Assembly: GCA_041639695.1 (NCBI GenBank)
Contig: JBEQBQ010000001.1
Location: forward strand, 31,634 to 95,633
Origin: Candidatus Nanohaloarchaea archaeon
GTDB taxonomy: Archaea > Nanohalarchaeota > Nanosalinia > Nanosalinales > Nanosalinaceae
Direction: 5' to 3'
Length of the DNA: 64,000 bases
Numbering within the stretch: the first letter of the stretch is position 1; the number at the start of each line of letters is the position of its first letter. The notes below the pieces were generated by a model. It saw only the letters and a program-made list of their open reading frames with translations. It did not search any database and was not told the origin of the DNA. The translations under genes and the position numbers were made by a program. Shown here one piece after another: positions 18,724 to 27,721 of the stretch.

Positions 18724-19005
18724 ATGCGCAAGGGAATGTCCCAAACTCTGACTCTAATTGTAGCAGCATCAGTTCTAATGATGACAGCACTAACCGTAAT
18801 ATTCATGGTACAAGGAGGGCTGAGCGATGTATTCGGATCCTCAAACACACAATCATGCTACAACTCTATTCAATCAACATGCGAGTTTTCTAGCTCAGGT
18901 GGACATCCAACACCTGAAAGCTGCAGCAGGGCCGATATTTCAGAAGTGCCTATGCCGAACGGAGATCCTGTAGACGTAGGCGATAACACTTACTCCTGCT
19001 CCTAA
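18724..19005 (+). CDS. Type IV pilin, candidate major pilin
   Basis: MRKG/MSQTLTLIVAASVLMMTALTVIF; 4 Cys; own putative promoter. Confidence 0.8.
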   Translation: MRKGMSQTLTLIVAASVLMMTALTVIFMVQGGLSDVFGSSNTQSCYNSIQSTCEFSSSGGHPTPESCSRADISEVPMPNGDPVDVGDNTYSCS

Positions 19006-19018
19006 AAAGTGAATAAGA

Positions 19019-19378
19019 ATGGATAAGACGATTGAACTAGTGCTGGTGGCGATGGTAACTCTTATCACAGCGCTAGTCATCGTCTACATGGTTCAAGGAG
19101 AGGCCAGCGGCTTTGGTGACTTTCTTGACAGCCAGTCAGGAGATGCAGAGTGCCAGTTAGCTAAAGAAAAAGTGAATAACTGTCTAGTTGAAGAAGTGCC
19201 GCAAGTAGACGGTTGTAGTCCCGGCCCAATACCGGAAACATGCGGTGAGCCAGGTTCGTACGGTAGCTCCGGTCAGACAGAAAGTGAATCCGGTAGCCAG
19301 ACCGGTGATTCCGGTGAAACGGAGTCTGGAAGTGGTTCTGGAGACGATTCTGGTTCAAGTGGCGGTTCCGGGGAATAA
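19019..19378 (+). CDS. Pilin-like protein with G/S/E-rich tail
   Basis: MDKTIELVLVAMVTLITALVIVYMVQG is similar to the N-helix of the preceding pilin; 4 Cys. Confidence 0.7.
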   Translation: MDKTIELVLVAMVTLITALVIVYMVQGEASGFGDFLDSQSGDAECQLAKEKVNNCLVEEVPQVDGCSPGPIPETCGEPGSYGSSGQTESESGSQTGDSGETESGSGSGDDSGSSGGSGE

Positions 19379-19386
19379 AAAGTTAT

Positions 19387-20847
19387 TTAGTCAAGTAAAA
19401 GTTTTTCTAAAACTTTTTCTACTTCCCAAATCTCGTTCTCTTCAACAACTTCCTCCAACTCTAGATCAGTATTTACGCCGAACAAGGGCACATGATTCAA
19501 AGTGTGGGAAGTATTAGGTTCTTCTAGTCCCATGTCCTCGCAGTTGCCGTGGTCCGCAGTCACAAACATCGAGTACTCGGTGTCCTTCACCTTTTCGGCC
19601 AGTCTCCCTATGTTTCTGTCCACGGTTTCTACTGCCTTGATCGCAGCTTCTAAATCTCCTGTATGACCTACTAGATCGCAGTTAGCAAAGTTAAGCAAAA
19701 TGAAATCTTTCTCAGACTCATCTATTGCTTCCAGAACCACCTCGGTTATATCGTTCGCATGCATCTCCGGTTTTTCATCGTAGGACTTGATCTTATCGCT
19801 CTCAACGAAATTTCTTTCTTCATGTTCGAACTCGAGCTCTCTCTGACCGTTGAAGAAGAATGTTACGTGCGGTCTTTTCTGGGATTCCGCAACCCGTAAC
19901 TGGGAAAGCCCTGCGTCCTCGATTTTTTCGCCTAGAGTGTTTTCAACTATTTTTTTGTCGAAGATAGCAGGGTTCTCGATCTCGTGCTCGTATCTGAACA
20001 TGGAAACAAAGTCAGGTTCGATTGGTTCCTCGTAATCGTCCGGATCAACATCCTCCACGAGTTCTTCTTCTATCTGTCTCTCCCTGTCGGCCCTGAAATT
20101 GTAGAAAATTACTTGGTCTTCGTTATTCATTCCTTCGTAACCTTTCCTGACGGAAGGTTGTATGAAGTAGTCGTAATCGTCTTCTTCGTAAGTTTTCTGA
20201 ATCGCTTCACGTGGATCTTCAAAGTCAAAACCTTCTGCTTCGGCCATAGCTTGGTAGGCTTTGTGTGTTCTTTCCCAGTTGTGGTCTCGGTCCATCGAGT
20301 AGTAACGGCCCATAACTGTGGCGATCTCGCCTGTATACTCGGAAGTCCAGCCCTCGATTTTTGAGATGAACTTTTCAGCGGATTTAGGTGCTACGTCTCT
20401 GCCATCCGTAAAACAGTGGATCTTAACGTCCACATCGTAGTTTGAGGCGATTTCTAGAAGTGCTTTTAGGTGGTCAATATGGCCGTGGATACCGCCGTCC
20501 GATATTATGCCGGCGAAATGTACTGTCGAATTTTCTTTTTCTGCTTTTTCAAGCGAGTTCTTCAGTGCTTCTTTTTCCGGTAGTTCGTTGTTTTCTATAG
20601 CCTGTTTTATTCTCGTGAGTCGTTGAGGTATAGTTCGACCTGCGCCTAGGTGCAGATGGCCCACCTCTGAGTTGCCTGTAAATCCTTCGGGCAGTCCTAC
20701 AGCCGGACCGGACGCCTCTAATTTTGTAAACCCGTTTCTGGACATAAGTTTTCCTATATTGGGTGTGCTCGCTTGCTTGAATGCGTTTCCTTCCGTCTCC
20801 TTTCTAAGCCCTACGCCGTCCATAACCACGAGAAGCACTTTTTGCAT
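19387..20847 (-). CDS. gpmI: 2,3-bisphosphoglycerate-independent phosphoglycerate mutase
   Basis: DGVG, GNSEVGH, SDGGIHGH, FTDGRD, NFRADR, DLVGHTG, TADHGN. Confidence 0.95.
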   Translation of the reverse strand: MQKVLLVVMDGVGLRKETEGNAFKQASTPNIGKLMSRNGFTKLEASGPAVGLPEGFTGNSEVGHLHLGAGRTIPQRLTRIKQAIENNELPEKEALKNSLEKAEKENSTVHFAGIISDGGIHGHIDHLKALLEIASNYDVDVKIHCFTDGRDVAPKSAEKFISKIEGWTSEYTGEIATVMGRYYSMDRDHNWERTHKAYQAMAEAEGFDFEDPREAIQKTYEEDDYDYFIQPSVRKGYEGMNNEDQVIFYNFRADRERQIEEELVEDVDPDDYEEPIEPDFVSMFRYEHEIENPAIFDKKIVENTLGEKIEDAGLSQLRVAESQKRPHVTFFFNGQRELEFEHEERNFVESDKIKSYDEKPEMHANDITEVVLEAIDESEKDFILLNFANCDLVGHTGDLEAAIKAVETVDRNIGRLAEKVKDTEYSMFVTADHGNCEDMGLEEPNTSHTLNHVPLFGVNTDLELEEVVEENEIWEVEKVLEKLLLD

Positions 20848-20899
20848 ACTTCTGGTTTGCCGGAGCAGGTTTATTAACCACCAGACGTGTCATAGACTT

Positions 20900-21937
20900 A
20901 TGGGGGACGACATAAAATCCAGGATAGAGAAGGCGAAAAAGCTACTGGGCGACGAAGAAACGCCAGAAGACCCGGACGAAGGCCTTAAAAAGGAACTTGA
21001 CGACCTGAAATCCGAGATAGAGGCCGGAAACGAATCGGTAGAGGCTAGCAAAGAGGTGGCCGAAACACCCTCTGAAACGGAAAATCCTGGTTCAAAAGAG
21101 GAAGTCGATAAACAGTTAGAACATGATATCCGGGTTATGGAGTCCGGTATGGAACCGAATGATGTAGAAGTTTCTCCGGAAGATTTCGAGACAGAAGAAC
21201 CCGGCGAAGAAAGCCCGGGTAACAAAGCGGGGCTGGACAAACGTGTGGAGGTTCTTGAAAGAAAGATAGGTGAGATAGGTGAAAGCCTGAGAACATTCGA
21301 GGAAGAAATGATTTCTGAGGAATCAGAAGAACTTTCAAACATAGGAGATCTCCAACAAAGGGTGGAAAAACTTGAGTTCAAAGACTATGAAGCGCTTCAA
21401 GACCGTCTAGACATCTTAGAATCTCGTTTAGATTCTTCCAACCAAGGAGAAATAGTCGAAAGACTCAACGAATTGGAAAAACAGATCTTGAAGAACGGAA
21501 GCTTCGAGGAAAGGATTAAGGAAGAAGTAAGAAAGGTAGAGTCCGAGAGAATTGAAGGGCTTGAAGATAAAATGGAGGAGATCCATGGAAGAATCGATAC
21601 GGTAAACAGTCGTCTTGATGAGGTTAATTCTGAACAGGAAAGGCTTGAGGAGAGAGGGGACGAACTTGAAGATGAACGCTCGCAGGTTCTTGACAGGATA
21701 GATGAGATAGCGGAGAAACAGGCAGAGCTTGAACGTGAGCTTGATGAAGGTCATGCCCAGAGGCAGAAAGATGTTGAAGAGCTTAAGCACAGGATCGACA
21801 AACTCTGGGAAGGACTTGACGAAGAAGTTGCCACGCTTGAATCCAGTATCCATGAAAACAGGGAGCAGACTGAGGACCTTCTTGAGGACGTGCTGGAGCT
21901 TTCCGAGGCCGTGAAACAAGGTCTCAACCACCGTTAG
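20900..21937 (+). CDS. Acidic coiled-coil protein
   Basis: Start reassigned to ATG 20900 (MGDDIKSR) because the tracked start overlaps gpmI; repeated RVE.LE/RL..LE heptads. Confidence 0.72.
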   Translation: MGDDIKSRIEKAKKLLGDEETPEDPDEGLKKELDDLKSEIEAGNESVEASKEVAETPSETENPGSKEEVDKQLEHDIRVMESGMEPNDVEVSPEDFETEEPGEESPGNKAGLDKRVEVLERKIGEIGESLRTFEEEMISEESEELSNIGDLQQRVEKLEFKDYEALQDRLDILESRLDSSNQGEIVERLNELEKQILKNGSFEERIKEEVRKVESERIEGLEDKMEEIHGRIDTVNSRLDEVNSEQERLEERGDELEDERSQVLDRIDEIAEKQAELERELDEGHAQRQKDVEELKHRIDKLWEGLDEEVATLESSIHENREQTEDLLEDVLELSEAVKQGLNHR

Positions 21938-21981
21938 TGTTTTAACATTTTGACCACTTCTAGGTATTAAGTGAATTCTAA

Positions 21982-23892
21982 ATGGCCGAAGATGTAATAT
22001 TCGGAGAGGAAGAAGAGGAGGACGAATCAAATCAGGAAACACTTTTCGGACCTGAAGACGAAGAAGAGGAGGACGAAGAAGAGCTTTTCGGGCCCGAGGA
22101 AGATGAGGACGAAGAATCCGAAGATGAGGACGTCCTATTCGGCGAAGAAGACGAGGAAGAAACTGAAGAAAAAGAAGAAAGCGGTTCTGAAGACTCAGAT
22201 GAAACACTTTTCGGTTCTGAAGACGAAGAAGAGGAAAGCGAAGAAAACGATACTGAAGTCGAGGAAGAAACTGAAGAAGAAAACTCAGAGGAAGTTCTCG
22301 AAGAAGAAAAGGAGGAAGACAAGAGTTCAGAGGAATCTGTAGAAGAAGAAAGCTCCGAAAGCCAAGAAGAGGTTTCGGATGCTGAAAATCTAGGTCAGAG
22401 AATAGAGGAGCTAGAGTCTGAAATCGAAAAAATAGAGGCAAACGACACCTCTGATATAGAACAGAGAATTGAAGAGCTGGAAGAATCTCTGGAGACAGAC
22501 GAGGAAGTCGAGGAAATAAGAGAGGAGATAGAGGATCTAAAAACTGAAACGGCGGATGAAGAAGAATTAAAGCAGGAACTACAAGACGAGATAGAAGTTC
22601 CTGATTTCGACGACGAAATTGAAGATCTCAGAGAGAAAATAGAATCTCTTGAAGGGTCTGGAGAAACAGAAAATGAGATCGAAACTCTTAGATCTACACT
22701 AAACAGTCTAGAAGAAAAAGTAGAGAGCAAAGATCTTGAAAAAGAGGTAGAGGAGGTAAAGGACAGGCTTGCAGAGAAATCTGATCTCGTCAAAGACCTG
22801 AAGCAAAGGATCGATAAAGAAGTAGATGAATTAGAAGAACAGATAGAAGAATCCGGTTCCGAAGAAGTAGAATCCTTAGAAGAACGGATTGAAGAACTGG
22901 AAGATCTTGAAGAAAAAATTAATTCTTTAGAGGAAGAGATCGAATCAGCAACCGATAACGAGCTTGAGGAAGATGTCGACCAGTTAAGAAACGAGCTTGA
23001 AGGCGTTGAAGAAGCAGTAGCTGACTTGGAAGATCGTTTCGATGATCAAGACTTTGAGGAAAGAGCGGAAGCAATTGAGACCGAGCTCGAAGACTTCAGA
23101 ACACAGTTAGAAGAGTTGGAAGAAGCTGAAGATGTCGAAGAGATTCAAGAACAGGTAGAGGATCTGGAGAAAACGGTTCAAGATCTCGATGTAGAGAAGA
23201 TTCAGCAGGAACTTTCAAGTGAGATTGAAAGTCTTGAAGAAAGGTTTGAAGATCTGGAAGATGGATCTAAAGAGATCGAAGGCTTGAAGGATGATATCTC
23301 TGAACTTGAAAAAGATCTAGAGGCGACCAAAGCCGATCAGATCGGCGAACTAAAAGTCGAAATGGAGAACCTCCGGAAAGACATAGAGAAACTTGAAAAA
23401 CAGAAAGAGGAACAGGACGTTTCACAGCTCGAGAAACAGGTAGAGCAGCTAAAAGGAATGGTCTCGGACTTCAAATGGATCTTCAACGACTTTGAAGATC
23501 TTGCAGAACTCAAACTGCTGTCAAAAGAGGAGTATAAGCAGCTCCAGCGGAAGATAGAAGAGGCAGAAGTCTCAGAGAAAAAGAAGAAGGCAAGCTCCAA
23601 AGCCGTAGAACGCTTGAATGATAACTTGGAGGAGATGACTGAAAGACTTGCCGATAACAGTTCGGAAGAAAGACTTCAGAGACTTGAAAAAAGAATGGAT
23701 GAACTCGAGTCAGAGGCCTCGGATTCAAACGACGAAGTTGTAGAAGAGCTTCTTTCAGAGGTTGAGAGACAAGACGAAGAGATCAAAGAGATTAGAGAGG
23801 GTTACAAAGAACTTGGAGAAATGATGCAGCTTGTGCTGAAAGAGTTGAGAGAGACAAGGGGCACAAGTCTAGACAAAACTGCCCAGTCCTGA
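21982..23892 (+). CDS. Very acidic long coiled-coil protein with N-terminal (L/I)FG-acidic repeats
   Basis: Five xxFGxE motifs separated by E/D runs, then about 500 aa of heptads; no ATPase motif. Confidence 0.75.
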   Translation: MAEDVIFGEEEEEDESNQETLFGPEDEEEEDEEELFGPEEDEDEESEDEDVLFGEEDEEETEEKEESGSEDSDETLFGSEDEEEESEENDTEVEEETEEENSEEVLEEEKEEDKSSEESVEEESSESQEEVSDAENLGQRIEELESEIEKIEANDTSDIEQRIEELEESLETDEEVEEIREEIEDLKTETADEEELKQELQDEIEVPDFDDEIEDLREKIESLEGSGETENEIETLRSTLNSLEEKVESKDLEKEVEEVKDRLAEKSDLVKDLKQRIDKEVDELEEQIEESGSEEVESLEERIEELEDLEEKINSLEEEIESATDNELEEDVDQLRNELEGVEEAVADLEDRFDDQDFEERAEAIETELEDFRTQLEELEEAEDVEEIQEQVEDLEKTVQDLDVEKIQQELSSEIESLEERFEDLEDGSKEIEGLKDDISELEKDLEATKADQIGELKVEMENLRKDIEKLEKQKEEQDVSQLEKQVEQLKGMVSDFKWIFNDFEDLAELKLLSKEEYKQLQRKIEEAEVSEKKKKASSKAVERLNDNLEEMTERLADNSSEERLQRLEKRMDELESEASDSNDEVVEELLSEVERQDEEIKEIREGYKELGEMMQLVLKELRETRGTSLDKTAQS

Positions 23893-24897
23893 CTGCCGGG
23901 ACTCCATCGCTTTCTCTAACTTTTCAATTCCGGAGTTTACACGATCCTCGGAGAACTCGTGTTTTTCAACCAGTATCTCTTTAATCCTTTCAGGGTCCGG
24001 CTCCTCGAAACTGTAATCTGCGGTTTTCACCGGCGGTTCCATAAAGAAATCCCTAATTATGTAAGGATCGTTATCCGATTCCCACTCAACTTTATCGTCT
24101 TCAAGCAGTTTCTCCAGACTTTCATAGTTTTTTACAAGTTTCAACGCTGTCTTTGGACCGATACCTTTCACACCGTCGGGATTGAAATCCGTTCCCATCA
24201 GAACGCCCATCCAAACCAGTTTCTCACGTGAAACCTCCAGTTCACCTAAAACCGTTTCCAGTTCAATTCTTTCCGTCGATATCTTCTTCCTGTTGCCTGC
24301 TGACGTCTTTCTTGTCTTCCTAGAAGTAAGGTTTCTTACCATGGTTTCTGCGCCGAACAGTAGGCAGTCCCAGTCCTGCGAACCAACCGCATAAATCTCA
24401 TTATCGTTATTTGAGGCCATATATGCGGCTTGCGCCTCTCCCTCGCTTGGAGCCTGTACGTAAGGAAGACCCATGGCTTCAAGTAGTTCTTTAGACTCTT
24501 CTATCATATCTCTGGTTATCTTGGAGCTCTGAGTGGCTTTAGAGTAAGCTTCCGAAATTTTTCCTTCTTCCTTCAATCTTTCCCATTCCTTTTTTGCTTC
24601 CTCGCGTTTCTTCCTTCTCTTAGAAGTTTCTTTCTGCTTTAAATCAGGCATCTCTCCGTCAAAAACAAAAACAGGCCTAATATTCTTTTCGAGTAGGTTT
24701 ATGTTTCGGTAGAAAAGCCCTGAAAGATGTGACGTAACGTTGCCGTCCGAGTCCTTCAAAGGGGTTCCGTCACGCTGCCTAATTATTGAAAGGAACTGGT
24801 AGAGCGTATTCATCGCGTCAATCGCGACTTCTTTATCGTTGAGATCGTCAAAACTGATTTCTTCCGGTTCAACAAGCTCGCCCAGGTCTACTCCCAT
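23869..24897 (-). CDS. fen: Flap endonuclease 1
   Basis: MGVDLG, DAMNTLYQFLSIIRQRDG, EGEAQAA, SQDWD, GTDFNPDGVKGIGPKTA, PIP-like QSGLGSF. Confidence 0.97.
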   Translation of the reverse strand: MGVDLGELVEPEEISFDDLNDKEVAIDAMNTLYQFLSIIRQRDGTPLKDSDGNVTSHLSGLFYRNINLLEKNIRPVFVFDGEMPDLKQKETSKRRKKREEAKKEWERLKEEGKISEAYSKATQSSKITRDMIEESKELLEAMGLPYVQAPSEGEAQAAYMASNNDNEIYAVGSQDWDCLLFGAETMVRNLTSRKTRKTSAGNRKKISTERIELETVLGELEVSREKLVWMGVLMGTDFNPDGVKGIGPKTALKLVKNYESLEKLLEDDKVEWESDNDPYIIRDFFMEPPVKTADYSFEEPDPERIKEILVEKHEFSEDRVNSGIEKLEKAMESRQSGLGSFV

Positions 24898-24940
24898 GAC
24901 AACAGATTTACGGCCTCAGCTTTAAACAGTTCATAGTAGG

Positions 24941-25075
24941 ATGGAACTAGACAAACTGTGTGAAAATTGCACAAGGAGAATGGCTGTAACCAACTGTGAA
25001 TTATGCGGTGCGGCAGTATGTGGAGATTGCAAGCTTGAAAACGGCTGTAAGGTATGTAACGGGAAAACAGTTTAG
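24941..25075 (+). CDS. 44-aa zinc-finger protein with four CxxC motifs (not in track)
   Basis: MELDKLCENCTRRMAVTNCELCGAAVCGDCKLENGCKVCNGKTV. Confidence 0.78.
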   Translation: MELDKLCENCTRRMAVTNCELCGAAVCGDCKLENGCKVCNGKTV

Positions 25076-25989
25076 ATCTGTTTGAGTACTTTCTTCCCTA
25101 GCTTGTAGCCTAAAATTCCTGGGATCGTCAGACCTACTAAGATCATCAACAGTTTGAAACCTCTGAACATCCACTCTACTGCGTCCGTGAAAGTTGTTAA
25201 GGTAATCGTAGATATTGAGTCAACAGTATCCTGCACCTCGCTTTTCAGACGGCTCCAGAGGTCATCAGGAACCAGTTCGATATCTCTCTGTTCCTCAAGC
25301 CTGATGTTCACGGTAGCTAACTCGCTTTTTGCTTTCTTGTTGTTAAGATCCTGTAAGAAGTTATTCATTTCTTGAGCGACTTGTTTCTCTTTGTCAGTAA
25401 GCTGTTTCAGTAACTCGATTCTGTCGGAATAGCTCTCAATATTTTTGACCTGCTGTCTTAAATCTTCGTAGTCGTCGAGAGTCCTGTTCAGTATTGTTAT
25501 CTCCGAAATCGTTCTCGCGGTTGAAATTCTGTAGTTCCTGACGGTGTAAGATTCAACGTTGAACTGTTGCTTCAAGCGTTCTGTAAGATTGGAGAAGTTA
25601 TCTCTTGGAACTCTAACTGTCAGATCTGCGTTTATGTAGAGGTCGGTTGTGGTTTTTGAAGAGCTTTCGACAAAGCCGTTGAAACTCTTTGACACTGTTG
25701 TTATCTGGTCTATGTCGTCTTCAATATTTTCCGAGTCTATGTCCATATCCGCCTCTTTCACTTCGACACTACTTCCTGAGCTTGGATCGTCCGGATTGAT
25801 CGGCCCGGGAAAACCGCCTGAATCACCGTAACGTGCTTTATCAAGATATGCAGCCTGTTGGTTATTGCTTAATGAACTTGTCTGTAGAACTACTGCTGCC
25901 AGTCCTAGAAAGATTAGTAGAAGGACTCCTGCGGCAACTGATAGCTCTTTGTGTTCGAGTAGTTTCTGCTTCAGTTCCTCGGAATCCAT
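25072..25989 (-). CDS. DUF4349-like membrane protein
   Basis: N- and C-terminal TMs, NGFVESSS...ADLTVRVP, coiled coil, ATVNIRLEE. Confidence 0.72.
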   Translation of the reverse strand: MDSEELKQKLLEHKELSVAAGVLLLIFLGLAAVVLQTSSLSNNQQAAYLDKARYGDSGGFPGPINPDDPSSGSSVEVKEADMDIDSENIEDDIDQITTVSKSFNGFVESSSKTTTDLYINADLTVRVPRDNFSNLTERLKQQFNVESYTVRNYRISTARTISEITILNRTLDDYEDLRQQVKNIESYSDRIELLKQLTDKEKQVAQEMNNFLQDLNNKKAKSELATVNIRLEEQRDIELVPDDLWSRLKSEVQDTVDSISTITLTTFTDAVEWMFRGFKLLMILVGLTIPGILGYKLGKKVLKQI

Positions 25990-26053
25990 TATAGAAAATA
26001 ATACTGGAACGCTTGTTTAAAAACAAGAAGGTTTTTGGTGGATAAAAATCGAA

Positions 26054-26308
26054 CTAGAGCTTGTCGAAGTGCTCTAGCTCGAAGCTCTGAACGTTTTCAA
26101 GCTTCTCAAGCTCTTCTTCAACAGCGTCAGTGCCGCCTTCCTCATCGGTTGTGATGCACGACATCTTGATGGCTTTTAGACCGAAAGCAACTTCCTCCTC
26201 TCCGAGGTCTTCAACATCAAGTTTTTCCCTTAGCTCTTCCTTGATTTGTTCTAAATCGGTATCAGCGTCTTCAGGGCTGATCTTGTATACGCATGAAATC
26301 TTTCCCAT
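26054..26308 (-). CDS. ef1b: Translation elongation factor aEF-1 beta
   Basis: YKISPEDADTDLE, EEEVAFGLKAI, DEEGGTDAVEE. Confidence 0.93.
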   Translation of the reverse strand: MGKISCVYKISPEDADTDLEQIKEELREKLDVEDLGEEEVAFGLKAIKMSCITTDEEGGTDAVEEELEKLENVQSFELEHFDKL

Positions 26309-26426
26309 TTGAATTACCTCTTAACCTCAGGTTCGAATAGAAGATTTAAAACAGCTTTAGTGAAAGATGGGTGACCGGGAAAAAACAGTCCCGGCCGGTA
26401 AAATAGAGAAAAAATCGTTGTAGTAT

Positions 26427-26474
26427 TTAGAAGAGGTTGTTCAGCTTTCTCTTGATCTTTTCGATAATTCCCAT
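26427..26474 (-). CDS. Putative 15-aa cationic amphipathic peptide (not in track)
   Basis: MGIIEKIKRKLNNLF preceded by a perfect GAGGTGA RBS and followed by a T-rich tract. Confidence 0.5.
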   Translation of the reverse strand: MGIIEKIKRKLNNLF

Positions 26475-26624
26475 TTTTTGTCACCTCGCATCGGTCTTTC
26501 CACAGGTTTTGGCTTCGGCCGGGATCTCTAAACGCCTTTACTAACTGCTATTCGAATTTTCAGCGTGGAGAAACTTAAAAACCCGGTCACTACTTTTAAA
26601 ACCTGAGAACTATTTCGACGTTAG

Positions 26625-26696
26625 GCCCGCATGGTCTAGTGGAAAGACGGCACCTTGCGGAGGTGCAGATCCAGGGTTCAAATCCCTGTGCGGGCG
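26625..26696 (+). tRNA. tRNA-Arg(GCG)
   Basis: Acceptor GCCCGCA/TGCGGGC, anticodon stem GCACC/GGTGC with loop TTGCGGA, T-loop TTCAAAT; TTTTAAA upstream. Confidence 0.95.
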
Positions 26697-26774
26697 TTTA
26701 AACGTTCTCATTCTCAACCTTGTTCAATACTGGAATCTTCTTCTATAGGCCGCTTCTACCACAGTAAAAACAGG

Positions 26775-26990
26775 GTGGAAACGGGGTTGAGGTTCGAATG
26801 CAAAAACTGCGGTTCTGAAGTAGAAAGACAGATACTTGGTCTATCACATGCGATAAGAGGCTGTGGGATGATGCTGGAAAGGGAGAGGGACTGCTGCGAA
26901 TCCCCCGCATACATGGATGAAAAAGGAATACTGGAAAACGGTAACACGCCAACCATGAGATTTTTCTCCTTAGTCCGAAGACGGTTCTGA
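26775..26990 (+). CDS. Small Cys-containing (zinc-ribbon-like) protein
   Basis: FECKNCG...CC; start moved downstream of the tRNA to GTG 26775. Confidence 0.5.
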   Translation: METGLRFECKNCGSEVERQILGLSHAIRGCGMMLERERDCCESPAYMDEKGILENGNTPTMRFFSLVRRRF

Positions 26991-27013
26991 CCTATAACTT
27001 TTTCAATCAATAC

Positions 27014-27721
27014 ATGAAACTCCTGATTATGGTTTCAGTAGTCGAAGTCCTGGCCAACCTAACGCTTTTACTCGATCTAACATTAATAGCAGCTCTTGGA
27101 CTTTACGGCTACACCAAAATATTTGGAAACAAACCCGAACTATTCGGACTGCTTGAAAAAGCCGAAAGAGTTCTCAATCGGTTTGGAAACGAACTTGTAT
27201 TCTTATTATCTCTTACAGCGACTTCCGGAAGCCTTTACATGTCACAGATACTTGGCTGGACGCCATGCATGCTCTGCTGGATTCAAAGAGCTTTTATCTA
27301 TCCTATAGCAGTAATTTCCGGACTTTTCCTAGCCTCAAAATATATTAACAGACAGGAAATCTTTGGTTTCCGTAAGGAAAGCTTCCGCGACTTCGGGATC
27401 GCAGCTTTCTTCCTAGCAGCCAGTTACTGGAACAAGTTCTTCCTTTTAGGCTTCACAGTATTCCTGGTCGCAAAGTTCTTCCTTGAAGACATCAGGATGA
27501 AGGACTATGTATTACCTCTAGCCACTCTAGGACTTCCTGTCTCCATCTACCACGCTCTTGACCAGAGAATAGTCCAGTTCAGTGAAGCAGGTTGTTCACT
27601 GTTCGAAGTATCCTGTAAAACAAAGTACACGTTCCACTACGAGTACATTACTATCCCGGTAATGGCTGCAACGGCTTTAATGGCAATAATTGTCTTGATG
27701 TGGAAATATTCGGATGAATAA
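27014..27721 (+). CDS. Disulfide bond formation protein, DsbB/BdbC family
   Basis: ATSGSLYMS, PCMLCWIQR, second Cys pair CSLFEVSC, YITIPVMA. Confidence 0.88.
   Translation: MKLLIMVSVVEVLANLTLLLDLTLIAALGLYGYTKIFGNKPELFGLLEKAERVLNRFGNELVFLLSLTATSGSLYMSQILGWTPCMLCWIQRAFIYPIAVISGLFLASKYINRQEIFGFRKESFRDFGIAAFFLAASYWNKFFLLGFTVFLVAKFFLEDIRMKDYVLPLATLGLPVSIYHALDQRIVQFSEAGCSLFEVSCKTKYTFHYEYITIPVMAATALMAIIVLMWKYSDE

Noticed and set aside
19387-20847. Bacterial-like GpmI as a novel transfer
   Set aside because: This form is already known in halophilic and some methanogenic archaea, so it is not remarkable
20672-20899. Tracked N-terminal extension of the 421-aa ORF
   Set aside because: Overlaps gpmI on the opposite strand with atypical composition; ATG 20900 is more plausible
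20890-23728. S/F/L-rich minus-strand ORFs (e.g. 21428-22441)
   Set aside because: Antisense shadows of GAA-rich coiled-coil genes
21982-23892. SMC/Rad50 assignment
   Set aside because: No Walker A/B, signature motif, hinge or zinc hook
26371-26590. SRP RNA, RNase P RNA or MITE (9-bp inverted repeat GTGACCGGG/CCCGGTCAC)
   Set aside because: No SRP helix-8 or RNase P conserved motifs recognised; inverted repeat is short with no target-site duplication
26655-26774. 5' part of the tracked 111-aa ORF
   Set aside because: Overlaps tRNA-Arg
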